Source of the DNA: Eledone cirrhosa
Lineage: Eukaryota
NCBI GenBank assembly: GCA_964016885.1
Contig: OZ024742.1
Location: 242,792,001 to 242,856,000, forward strand
Direction: 5' to 3'
DNA length: 64,000 bases
The position numbers and the translations under genes were made by a program. This document shows positions 1 through 13,417 of the stretch, one piece after another. The number at the start of each line of letters is the position of its first letter. Positions within the stretch are counted from its first letter, which is position 1. Below the pieces are notes generated by a model, which saw only the letters and a list, made by a program, of their open reading frames with translations, searched no databases and was not told the origin of the DNA.

Positions 1-48
1 ATTGAAATTGAAACATAATTTTGAAGTAAATGATTTAACTAGACTCAT

Positions 49-222
49 TTGGCAGTATCGGTAGAGGGTCGGACACCATGCTTTCCAGCATAGTTACGTC
101 CCTTTACGATCTGAGTTCAAATCCCGCCGAGGTTGACTTTGCCTTTCATCCTTACGGGGTCGATAAAATAAAGTACCAGTAATGCACTGGGTAATTGTTG
201 GCCTTGTGCCTAACGTAGAAAC

Positions 223-226
<4 letters not shown>
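49..226 (+). mobile_element. tRNA-derived SINE, family A (central GCCTTTCATCC...GGGGTCGATAAAATAAAGTACCAG domain, Meta/MESC-like)
   Basis: B-box-like GAGTTCAAATCCC plus conserved central domain. Near-identical copies recur at about 31000-31170(-), 33047-33216(-), 34845-35050(+), 38400-38590(-), 45757-46050(+), 47045-47220(+), 47580-47756(-), 49437-49635(+), 54850-54963(-) and 63188-63375(+). Confidence 0.85.
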
Positions 227-274
<48 letters not shown>

Positions 275-526
275 CGGGTAAAATTCTCGAGATTGTTTTC
301 AATGGGCTGATAATACCACCTTACCGGCGCCACTCGAATAAGGTAATTATTTAACCCATATATATATATATATATATATATATACATTGAATATTATACT
401 CCAAAAAACTTGTCGAGTGCTTTGAATCAGTTATAAACATTTATATTTGTTGAATTACCAACAAATTGAATATCCCTTTTGCTTATATATATAAATATAT
501 ATGTATATATACATATATATGTATAT

Positions 527-561
<35 letters not shown>

Positions 562-766
562 AGTATGTATACGTACATACATATATGTATACAGACGTAC
601 AGTAGTATGTATACATATATACATACATGCACACATATATATATGTACGTATGGATTCACCGAACATTTATTATAATGCTCGGTGTGTTTGTAAACAAAC
701 ATCCCGAATTAAGCCGTACAGTGTCTAGCAACCATCGTTGCTCATTTGTTCAACACTGACAAAGGA

Positions 767-809
767 ACGCTGTACTAGTTTCAAGCTTATTAGCTATCGT
801 CAGCAACGT
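767..809 (-). ncRNA. Minimal type I hammerhead ribozyme
   Basis: Minus strand reads acgttg-CTGACGA-tagct aata agctt-GAAA-ctag-TA-cagcgt. Stem I, core, stem II, palindromic stem III (ACTAGT) and a GUA cleavage triplet are all present. Confidence 0.8.
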
Positions 810-1046
810 ATACCTTCCTGCCCTTGTCCAGCAAAAATTGAAAATTAGAATTGGTGCTCTGAAATAGCGATATATATATGAATGTATATATATATAGTGT
901 ATTTTGCAATACACTGTATGCAAAGCACCAATTCTAATTTTCAATTTTTGCTGGACCGGCAACCGCTCTGTATAATCAGTTCCTGATTATTACTGGAATT
1001 CTATAAGAATCCAACATTCATAATTTCCAACAAACAAGGGGAGTGC

Positions 1047-1094
1047 TAAGCTCTGAGGAATACCAACAGTATGAAACTGAGATCTGTCAGCTTA
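1047..1094 (+). ncRNA. Type I hammerhead ribozyme with long extended stem I
   Basis: taagct-CTGAGGA-atac caaca gtat-GAAAC-tgagatct-GTC-agctta. Stem I extends through caacaaacaaggggag / ctccctttgtttgttg (about 1024-1114). Confidence 0.85.
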
Positions 1095-1249
1095 TCTCCC
1101 TTTGTTTGTTGAAAAAAGAAGTAAGTGACATCGTCACTACTTTAAAACAATAGTGTAAGGTCTTCAAAATGGTGTTAATTAAGCATACAGTGTATTGCAA
1201 AATACACTATATATACATTCATATATATATCGCTATTTCAGAGCACCAA

Positions 1250-1292
<43 letters not shown>

Positions 1293-1328
1293 ACCCTAGA
1301 GCAAATATTTATAAAATAACGGATTAAC

Positions 1329-1377
1329 GTTTAAGCAAAGAATCGCTGCTTTCACCCTTAACGGGATCTTCTGAAAC
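1329..1377 (-). ncRNA. Hammerhead-like motif with U4A core variant
   Basis: Minus strand reads gttt-CAGAAGA-tccc gttaa gggt-GAAA-gca...tgc-TT-aaac. A homologous copy with the same CAGAAGA lies at about 36165-36210. Confidence 0.5.
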
Positions 1378-1675
1378 AAAAAAAAATCAATCTGTGAACG
1401 CAGAAGTAAATATTTCGAAAAACGTTATATGTATATATATATATATATATATAATTGTGTGTGCGCATGCTTGTGTGTGTGTATGTATATGTGTATGTAT
1501 GTATGCTTTAATATATAAAGACTAGTAGGTCTAGTAGGTCTCCAAATTCTGCGACTAGAATCGTTGTCAAGAAGTATCTACTCCCACTCATGTTGTCATT
1601 GAGTGAGCTTGTATCTGTTGGGTTGTCCTACTTCACTGATTCTGACAATTTTGGCATTTCAGATCAAAGACACCC

Positions 1676-1725
<50 letters not shown>

Positions 1726-2012
1726 CTCTCTCTCTCTCTCTCTTATTGTGTCTGCAGCTGTTTAGAAATATGCCAATATATTCACTCAAAGAAAAAAACA
1801 AATAAACAAACAGTACACACACACACACATACATGCACACACATACACACAACATACACACACAGAACACACACAACACAACACACACAATAAAACACAC
1901 ACACAATATACACACACACATGCACACATACACAACACACACATACACAACACACACACAACACATACATACACAATGCACACACACCACACCTACAACA
2001 CATACAGACACG

Positions 2013-2092
<80 letters not shown>

Positions 2093-2167
2093 CGAAGGAA
2101 ATGTGGTAAGGAACCAGATGGACCATAACGCACCAAAGTACTCAATACTTAGGGTAGTAGAGTGGGT

Positions 2168-2464
<297 letters not shown>

Positions 2465-2975
2465 ATATATATATATATATATATATTGTCTGTTTCTTTC
2501 TTACTGCTTCCTCTCTCTCTGTATCTCTCACCTTCTTTTTACCCCCTCTGCCAGTAACATTCTCTCTCGGCTTGTCTCTTCCTCACACTTCCACTCACTC
2601 ACTCTCTGCTTCTCCCCTCTCTCACTTCCTCCCGTTTGACCTGTGTGAAATCCTTTTCTCGCTCACATCTCACCCATGTCGGATGGTCTATCTCTCGTCC
2701 ATGAATTCACCAAACTTAAGCTTACAGATATCATGTACCTGTCTCTTCCTATCTTTCCGTTGCAATACCATCGTTGTTTGTTTACATGTCTCGCTCGTGT
2801 CACCCTATTTTACTTGTCCCAATAACTTTATTGAGTTATTGCTCGCGCCAACTAGAGGTATATGATTTTTAAAGCGATGAAATACCAATGAAAGTTGGAA
2901 GATCACTGATGAAGGACTAATTTTATTCATATGTAACCCATGTGCAACCACGTAGCTCTCCATTTTTCTCATATG

Positions 2976-3033
<58 letters not shown>

Positions 3034-4262
3034 AGTCAGCGAAAAAGAATACAATAAAGATAGTTGAACTGCAAAGAGAAAGCGTAGGAGAAAGAGAAAA
3101 AGAAAAAGAAAGAGAGAGAGAAATGGTAAGAGAAAGAATATTAAAACAAAAAGAGGGGGGGAGAAGGAGGAGGGGGAGTGATGATTTGAAGAAATTAAAA
3201 AATTATGAAGTGAAGATAAGGAGAATTCGGAGAAGTAATTAATGTGGCTTGGCACCCTCAAGAGAGACCAACTAACAAGTACTTATAAATAATAAACTTT
3301 GAAAGATACACAGAGGTATATATGTGGGGGGGGGGCGGGTATGTGTGTGTATGTGTGTCTATGTCTGTGTGTGTATGTGTGTGTGTGTGCGTGTGTGTGT
3401 GTTTATGTGTATGTGTGTATGTGTAGCATGTGTGGTCTGTGTGTGTCTGTGTGCGTATATATGTGTGTATGTGTGTGCGTGTATGTGTGTGTATGTGTGT
3501 GTGTACATGTCTGTGTGTGTGTGTGTGTGAGCACGTGTGTGTGTGCACGTGTGTGTGTGTGCATGTATATGTGTATGTGTGTCTATATGCGTGTATCTGT
3601 TTGAGGACGTGCACGTATGCGTGTGCGTTTGAGCACGTGCATGTGTATGTATGTGTTTGAGCACGTGCCTATGTATGTGTGCGGGTGTGTTTCCATGTAT
3701 GTATGCATGTGTGCGTGTGAATTTCCATGTATGCGTGTATGTGTGCGTTTTGTGTGTATGTGTGCATGTGCGTTTCCATGTGTGTGTGCATGGGTGCGTG
3801 TGCGTTTCCATGTATGCATGTACGTATGTGCGAGCGCGTGTGTGTGAATGTGTGTGCGAGCGTGTGTAAACGAATTACTACAAGTTTTTTTTTTAAAACA
3901 TCTATCAGTCGTAGGGACGCAGTTTAGACCTTAAGGAACCCATCCTTTCTAGGTCGTCGTTAAAAAAATGTAATCCAGGTGTTGATAAATTTGGAAAGGA
4001 GCGAAGCCAATACAGGGCATGATTAGCAAACGAAAGTCGATGCGAATGGTTGGGGCTAATGTCTTCCTTGCTGTTTCTACCTAGCAAAAGGAAGAATAAA
4101 AATGGTTTTTCTTTTTCTTAACTGAGACTTATGCAGCACTGATTTAAACTTTATCTCCAATTCTGAAGAAATACTGTACTTCAGTAATCGGGAGCACTCA
4201 CGATCAGTTGTGAATCTCGCACTATGCCGGGCCCAAGCCATCGACTCTACCACCCTTTATAC

Positions 4263-4478
4263 TAAGCATGTCAAACTGAGGGTCTCCCGAGGGCCACATG
4301 GGTCACATATGTGTTGTTTGAGGGCCACACACGACAACTAATTGTGCACATTACAATTTTTTTTATTTTATATTACGAAGATAAAACATGCTCTCGCTAT
4401 AAAAAAATTTTTGCGGGCCGCAGGTATGCTTGTAAAGTGCCGCATGTGGCCCGCGGGCCGCATGTTAGACATGCCCTG
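4263..4478. mobile_element. hAT-type MITE
   Basis: TIRs gcatgtcaaac / gttagacatgc and an 8-bp TSD ctttatac/ctctatac. An inverted copy lies at 43734-43928. Confidence 0.8.
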
Positions 4479-4819
4479 CTCTATACACTCACCTACTGAC
4501 CGGTCTCTATTGCCCTTTATCTTCCACTCGGATAATATCCAACTGAAATGCATACTCCTCTGTAACTTCAAACCTCTGCGTTCTTCCTCTGTAACCACAC
4601 AATTTATCCTGCACCACCTCTCTTTTAGTTAAGATCTTTCTAGCTCCAAGTCACACCTAACCATGTACGCTCATCGAATAAACCTCAGTTACTCCTACAT
4701 CGGTAACATCACGATAATCACCGACCTAAAATAATTCTGGCAAATCACTCTAAAATTCAGTTTCAAGTCCGTTATTATTACTATATTATATTCAAATCAA
4801 ACTCTGCGATACTCTAAAC

Positions 4820-5119
4820 GAGACGTTCTCAAAGTGAGGGCTACTGCCCCCCCCCCCCCCCCCCCTTCTGGGGGGGGGTATTGTGGGGGGGGCGTTGAGA
4901 AGGTCGGAGGGGGCTCTAATAGAATCGTTTATTAAATATCAAATGATACATATTATATATAAATATAGTAAAATAAAAAATATATAATATTTATTTATAC
5001 ATAGTATATATTACATTATTTATTATATATAAATTAAGGAATTTATTTATTATACATTTTTTACAATTTGGAAATAGGATTGGGGGCGGGGTGGCCCGAA
5101 AATAGTTTGAGAAATTCTG
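4820..5119. mobile_element. hAT-type MITE
   Basis: Exact 8-bp TSD ctctaaac on both sides, with imperfect TIRs ttctcaaa / tttgagaa. Confidence 0.75.
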
Positions 5120-5416
5120 CTCTAAACGTTTGCTGATTTGTCTGTTTCTCAGCTACTCACTTTCACGAGATTCTTTACTGCATTTCCCAGATGTAGTCTA
5201 AGCCAACCAGTAGTCCACTATTTCAAAGCACCAGGCCACTTCATTAAATACATCTTGGTATAACCACACACTATGAGGCATCACACTCCAGGAGTCACAG
5301 AGAAAAGGCATTAGCTTTACTCCGGACACATTTTCTCTCTTGGGTTTCAATGCACACTTCTCTTTCCTTTTCATAATCTCCCCCCACCTCGTATTTATAT
5401 ATTTGTATATATATCT

Positions 5417-5701
5417 AAAAGTCTAAAGTCTGTCTTAAGCCAGAAGGCTCATTTGGCCGGTGCTTATCCGGGTTTCATGGCGTGAAGCGACTGAGAGTAC
5501 AAAACTTCCCCCTGGACAGGACGCCAGTCCATCACAGGGTTAAACTGCCAGCTATTACTGGTACTCATTTTCAGCTGAGTATGCTGAAGCAACGTGAAAT
5601 GAAGTGTTTTGCTCAAGAACACAACACGCGACCCAGGAATCAAACCCACGACATTATGATCGTAAGTCCAACACCCTACACCACTAGGCCACGTGCTTCC
5701 A
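5417..5701 (-). mobile_element. tRNA-derived SINE, family B (CORE-like domain)
   Basis: Minus strand has A/B-box-like GTGGCCTAGTGG...GGTTTGATTCC, then TTGAGCAAAACACTT and a short tandem tail. Copies at 30380-30684(-), 46250-46565(+) and 57541-57875(+). Confidence 0.75.
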
Positions 5702-5868
<167 letters not shown>

Positions 5869-6224
5869 TAAACGGAATAGAAAATGCTGACAAATTGTTC
5901 ACAGTTGAAAAATGGTTTAATTAGGAATAAAAGAGTATTAGTGATTGTATGGGTTAGTATTCAGTTGTGGTTTTAAGTTTTTAAGTTTTTACCGGTTGCG
6001 CATTTCTAAATGCTTTTCAAAAATAATTTTGAGATAGAGTGTCCGTGCTGTTTGCTCTGATCTGATTAGTTTTGGGAATTCTACCTGTTTTTATGTTAAA
6101 AAAGTGGCTCCAGCGTTATTTTTGTGTTGCAAAAATTCTTGTGGTCAAAACAATTTTGATTGGTCGGTAGAGGTCATGTGAATGTAAAAAGTTGATTTTG
6201 CGCCAAGACTGTTTTTATGTTAAA

Positions 6225-6738
6225 GCACCACACCGAAGATGAACTTCCCAACCTCGCTACCATAAGAAGGAACAAAAACCCAAGAAATCATCTCCCCCAG
6301 AATGACATTTACAACTTTCCCCCTTCAAGGAGACACCATACCAAATCACTCAACTACTACGCGGATTCCTCATCGTTAAACATAGGGAAAAGATACCACC
6401 GCCATGATAGATGTAACAACTTCCCCGCTTCAAGGGGACAGCAAGGTAATTACCATTTTCTCAACTCTCGCTTCCACAATACACAACAAACCCACACCAC
6501 ACGATACAACCAACAACGTAGGCCACTTATAACACCACAATCCAACATGGCACATAGAAACACACACCCATACTCGCAGTACAGGAACACCCCATTCACT
6601 CTACAACCACCAACCCGAACCACATTTTACAACAACAAGGAATATAACAAACACAGGAGACCACTTAACATCAGCAGACAACCCCTCTACCCCAACCATT
6701 TTTTAGACACAGCACACAGATACAGGCAAACAAAATAA
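6225..6738 (+). CDS. C-terminal part of a putative PLE upstream ORF (N/H/R/Q-rich, low complexity)
   Basis: Open frame of about 170 codons with the same C/A-rich composition as the RT ORF. The track's ATG at 6217 lies inside the inverted arm, so the true start is lost. It overlaps the RT frame at -1. Confidence 0.55.
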
Positions 6739-9023
6739 CACAAGACAGGGAGGAGAAACCGATAGTAATAAAAAGTATCAATCTTACTAGTGCAGAACCA
6801 ACACCCAACCTTATCAACTTACTCTCCAAAGGTCTTAAATTCACACCGACCCCACTACGTCCTAACTACTATTAAATTAAGGAAGACATCACAGACTTCT
6901 GTAGAAAGTTACGACTTAGTGAACAACTATTCGACCAGTACAATGAGGATGAATCATTAGCCAGAAATAGAAGCAATTACACCCCTTCAAAAGGTAGAAA
7001 TAAAATCCTGGACGAATTCTGTGAACACATCACAAACTTCCCTTACCAACACTTGCACAGACAAAAACACAAGCCAAACCTCAACAAGAAAGAATGGGAA
7101 GAATTAAATAGATTAAAAACCGACAGAACCATTACAATTAAAGAGGCTGATAAAGGGAGTACAGTAGTCCTAATGGAGACAGAATTCTATATCAACTTAG
7201 CGCTCTCCACTTTGGAAAACGAAACATACTACGAAAAGGCTGAACACTACAATCAACAGAAAATTATGAGAAACCTAAAAACTCTAATCAACCAATACAA
7301 AGAAGGACTCACTAACAAGGAATTCAGTTTCATCACAGACTTCACAAGTAAATCCAGCCTTTTCTACGGTATCCCTAAAGTACATAAAAGCGAATCAATA
7401 AGTAAGGCATGCAAGGAAGCCACAGACATAGTCATCAATGTCCCCTCACCCAATGATCTCAAATTAAGACCTATAATAGCAGGCCCCGCTTGCGAAACCC
7501 ACCGTCTTAGCAACTTCATTGATACCCTTCTCAAACCCTTCCTCAAGCACATCAAAAGCTAAATAAGGGACGACCTAGATATGCTCAATCACCTCCCTAA
7601 TATGCCACTTTCTGAACAAACCCTACTAGTGACGTTCGATGTAGTCAACATATACTCCAACATCCCCCACAACCTAGGAATAGAAGCTATCCAATTCTGG
7701 CTGGATAATTTCCACAATGAACTCCCACAACGCATCAAAAAAGAATTCGTGATAGAGGGACTCAAATTTATCTTGGAGAACAATTACTTCGTTTTCAATA
7801 ACAAACCCTACAGGCAGAAATCTGGGACCGCTATGGGAACGAAAACAGCCCCTACTTATGCCAACCTAGTCATGGGATACCTGGAAATCACCCTCTACAC
7901 TAAAGTCCTAAACAAATTTGGAAACACCCTCCACTTACACATTGAAAGGAACTGGAAGCGATATCTAGATGACTGCTTCATCCTTTGGCACGAAAACATC
8001 GAAAAACTTAAAGAATTTCACACCCTTATAAATGAGCTCAACACAAATATTAACTTCACGATGGAATACAGCCATCAACAACTCCCCTTCCTCGACACCC
8101 TCATTAAGATCCACAACAAAAAAATAGAAACAGACATATACTACAAGCCCACAGACTCCAAGCAATATCTCCCCTTCAACTCTTGCCACCCTAGACACGT
8201 TAAAATTAATATTCCCTACAACTTAGCCAAGAGAATCTGTACTATAGTCTCCAATAAAAACATCTGCTACTTACGGCTACAAGAACTAAAGGACACACTC
8301 ATAGGCAGGGACTACCCTGCATCACTGATTGACAATGGAATCCAACGTGCCCTAAAACTCAGTACCCAGGACCTTAGACACCCTAAAGTAAATCAACCAA
8401 AACTAAAAGCTCTTCCATACATCTCCACACACAACCCCTTCAACAATGAGGCCTTTGACACCATCCTCCAGAACATCCCTGTCTTGAAAAAGGACCATAG
8501 AATGAACCAAATTCTACGAACACACGATATCATAAAGAGCAAAAGACAATCCAAGTCAATGAAAAACATCTTAACACATGCCAAAGTACTGCCAACGACA
8601 ACAACGAAACCCACAGTAAAAAAATGCGATAGACCCAACTGTGGCATTTGCATCAACCTAATAGAGGGTTCGGAATTCTATTTCAAAGATGGACAACGTT
8701 TTATAGTAAAACACAATTTCACATGTGCATCGGAAAATCTAGTATATGTATTAACTTGTTCAGGTTGTCGAGAACAATACATAGGCCAGACCAAAAACAG
8801 CCTCCGCCAACGCATGACTGTCCATAGATCCCAAATTAAAATACGGGAATACAGGAAAATACCACTGAGTGAACACATTGATACCTGTGCCGCCCAAAAT
8901 CATCCCAACTTCAGAATCTTTCCCCTCTACAAATTTAAAGATAATACCACCCACACCCAGCGCATCAGCAAGGAATCTTACTTCATTAACAAATACGGAC
9001 CCCGTCTAAACACTTCTCCCTAA
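6699..9023 (+). pseudogene. PLE reverse transcriptase - Cys-rich linker - GIY-YIG endonuclease (two in-frame TAA)
   Basis: One frame contains INL..LLSKGLKFTPTP, ADKGSTVV, FYGIPKVHK, LRPII, FDVVNIYSNIP, GTAMGT, RYLDD, CDRPNCGIC and VYVLTCSGC..YIGQT. Stops at 6873-6875 and 7560-7562. Confidence 0.92.
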
Positions 9024-9165
9024 GACGAACCCACAACATACACACGTCAACATACATACCTACATCAGCACACATCTCTACCCACATATAAACACAATGA
9101 CACACGTAAACACACATGCTCTATGGTGCAATACAAAGAAATATATGTGCATATATATGTATGTA

Positions 9166-9204
<39 letters not shown>

Positions 9205-9354
9205 AATATATGTATGTGTATGTATATATAGTGAATATCATTTCACACCTTTTATTGTTAAGATTTTTGATGTTCTATTAAGAGAACCGATTTTACTGAA
9301 AAAATCGAATAATGTACACCATTTTACCAGGGGGAAAAAATACTGGTCCACACC

Positions 9355-9390
<36 letters not shown>

Positions 9391-9432
9391 CACAAACACA
9401 TACACACGCGTACATCAACATACAAAGAGACT

Positions 9433-9469
<37 letters not shown>

Positions 9470-9579
9470 TTCTCCGTATAAGACAAAAGCTGAAAAATAT
9501 CTTTTGACATGCTAAAGTACCCCCCATTGCTTTCAGACACATTCTTACTGACCATCCCTGCCACCACAAATTACTCTGC

Positions 9580-9632
<53 letters not shown>

Positions 9633-9692
9633 ATCTTTTGACATGCTAAAATACCCCCCATTGCTTTCAGACACATTCTTACTGACCATCCC

Positions 9693-9745
<53 letters not shown>

Positions 9746-9839
9746 ATCTTAATAGCCATTTGACACACATCGCTGCTGGCCATTGTCGCAGCATCGAACA
9801 CCTTACTACTACTACTACACACACACACACACATACACA

Positions 9840-9902
<63 letters not shown>

Positions 9903-10228
9903 ACACACACATATTTGTTGTGAAAGAGTCATTTCTCAATCTTGGCGCAAAACCAATTTTTTATTCACATGACCTCTACCGACCAATCAAAATTGTTTTG
10001 ACCAAGAATTTTTGCTGGAGCCACTTTTTTAACATAAAAACAGTCTTGGCGCAAAATCAACTTTTTACATTCACATGACCTCTACCGACCAATCAAAATT
10101 GTTTTGACCACAAGAATTTTTGCAACACAAAAATAACACTGGAGCCACTTTTTTAACATAAAAACAGGTAGAATTCCCAAAACTAATCAGATCAGAGCAA
10201 ACAGCACGGACACTCTATCTCAAAATTA

Positions 10229-10265
10229 TTTTTGAAAAGCATTTAGAAATGCGCAACCGGTAAAA
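10229..10265 (+). ncRNA. Variant hammerhead in the PLE pLTR (U3-A8 core, GCAA for GAAA)
   Basis: ttt-TTGAAAA-gcattt ag aaatgc-GCAA-ccgg-TA-aaa. It is mirrored in the inverted arm and has the same layout as 15751-15786. Stem I is weak. Confidence 0.5.
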
Positions 10266-10422
10266 ACTTAAAAACTTAAAACCACAACTGAATACTAACC
10301 CATACAATCACTAATACTCTTTTATTCCTAATTAAACCATTTTTCAACTGTGAACAATTTGTCAGCATTTTCTATTCCATTTACCAATATATAATAACTT
10401 GTGTGTTACACCTCTATTCTTT

Positions 10423-10569
<147 letters not shown>

Positions 10570-10648
10570 GTATATATATATATACATATATATATATGTA
10601 TATATATATATGTATATACGTATACATATATATGTATACATATATATG

Positions 10649-10697
<49 letters not shown>

Positions 10698-10743
10698 GTA
10701 TATATATATATATACATATATATATATACATATATATATATAC

Positions 10744-10888
<145 letters not shown>

Positions 10889-10919
10889 CATACATATATA
10901 TATATACATATATATATAT

Positions 10920-11036
<117 letters not shown>

Positions 11037-11147
11037 AAGAATTACTATATCTACCAACATATATACACAGATGCATACCTATGCTAGCAAATATATAGGT
11101 TTTGTCTTAGTAACTTTGTGGTTCAATGCAAGGGGATGCAGAACAAT

Positions 11148-11841
<694 letters not shown>

Positions 11842-11896
11842 TAATATATATATATATGTATATATATATATGTATATATATATACCTAATTAATAC

Positions 11897-12190
11897 CTAT
11901 AAGTATACCTATAAATTAATTTAATTTCTTGTTATGTATCTATATTCCTTGTAGTTTAAATAAGATTGGTATTCCTAACTACTACCCTTATCCCAAAATT
12001 TTACTTTCCTTCGTTTTTAACAACACTCTTTAATAACATCTAATTCTTATTTATCACATTCATATGAATTAATATAACTTTACCCCTATAAGTATACCTA
12101 TCAATTAATTTAATTTCTTGTTATAGATCTAGATTCCTTGTGGTTTAAATAAGATTGGTATTTATCACTAATACACTTACCCTAAAATTT
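11897..12190 (+). repeat. Partial tandem direct repeat (about 187-bp period) followed by GAAACGATCGTA (hammerhead 3' half)
   Basis: cctataagtatacctat... occurs at 11897 and 12084. GAAA-cgatcg-TA lies at 12227-12238. Confidence 0.6.
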
Positions 12191-12296
12191 TATACGATAT
12201 ACATACCAACACACATATACATCCTAGAAACGATCGTAAAATGATGAATTTTTTTATATAAGGAACTTGTTCTTTGTTTTTATTTCATTGTTTTTA

Positions 12297-12390
<94 letters not shown>

Positions 12391-12594
12391 TATAGTTTTC
12401 CATAGAGCGAGGTGAGTGGGGAAGCTATGCCTGTTCTATTTGACTTGCTTCGTCTCCTAATTATATATATATATAGAGAGAGAGGGGGGAGAAAGAGAGA
12501 CAGACAGACAGAGACAGGGAGGGAGAGAGAGAGATCTAGCTGTCGAAACGCCCGGCGCTCAGCCGTCGAGAACCTGACACTTTTCCTATATCTG

Positions 12595-12717
<123 letters not shown>

Positions 12718-12724
12718 ATGAAAT

Positions 12725-13183
12725 AAAGATGGTTATAATAGTTACATATATTTTATTATACGTATTTCGAATACAAAATCATCCTGCGACAGATAAGGTA
12801 CAATGATATGAGACATAATAGCACTGGTTTATAGGATAGTGCTAAGTCTACACATGACAGAAATATATGTGTTAATACTATAGTAAGAAATAGATAGGAA
12901 AAGAGAAGAAAAGGAAAGAAGATGAGAAAAAAGGAAAAAGAAAGAGAAGAAAGACTTAGCACTATCCTATAAACAAGTGCTATTATGTTTCATATCATTG
13001 TACCTTGTTTTTTATCTGAAGAGAACACATCTGTCGCAGGATGATTTTGTATTGGAAATACGTATAATAAAATATATGGAACTATTATAACCATCCTTAT
13101 TATATATACTCCAGTTCTACCAACTGTTGAGTGCTACATATCTGATATATGCATAGTTTTATTGTTCTACAATATTACTCACC

Positions 13184-13186
<3 letters not shown>
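12725..13186 (+). repeat. (TA)n-flanked fold-back island with 3' tail
   Basis: Arms about 12725-12849 and 12952-13101, followed by an unpaired tail to the (TA)n. Confidence 0.85.
13010..13072 (+). ncRNA. Minimal type I hammerhead ribozyme with extended stem II
   Basis: ttttat-CTGAAGA-gaacacatc...gtatt(g/c)-GAAA-tacgta-TA-ataaaa. The inverted arm supplies the pairing C at the end of stem II but has lost the core by a short deletion. Confidence 0.7.
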
Positions 13187-13253
<67 letters not shown>

Positions 13254-13417
13254 CGAAATCTGTCCACGCCTTGAACCCTAGTGACACCTAAAAGTCAAAT
13301 TCTAGGTCACCATCCTTTTCGGCGTGGTCAGGTGCATGCATGGGCGATCCCTCGAGGCGGGAAAAAGAAAGCGACAGGTATATAAAGCCTGTATCATCCC
13401 ATGTCAAAAACACAGAG

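Noticed and set aside
49-130. tRNA genes at SINE heads
   Set aside because: A/B-box similarity only, with no cloverleaf, and always fused to SINE bodies.
6873-7562. In-frame stops in the PLE ORF as recoding or selenocysteine sites
   Set aside because: Both are TAA, not TGA. The second replaces the expected Tyr of SYIRD, so point mutation is the simplest explanation.
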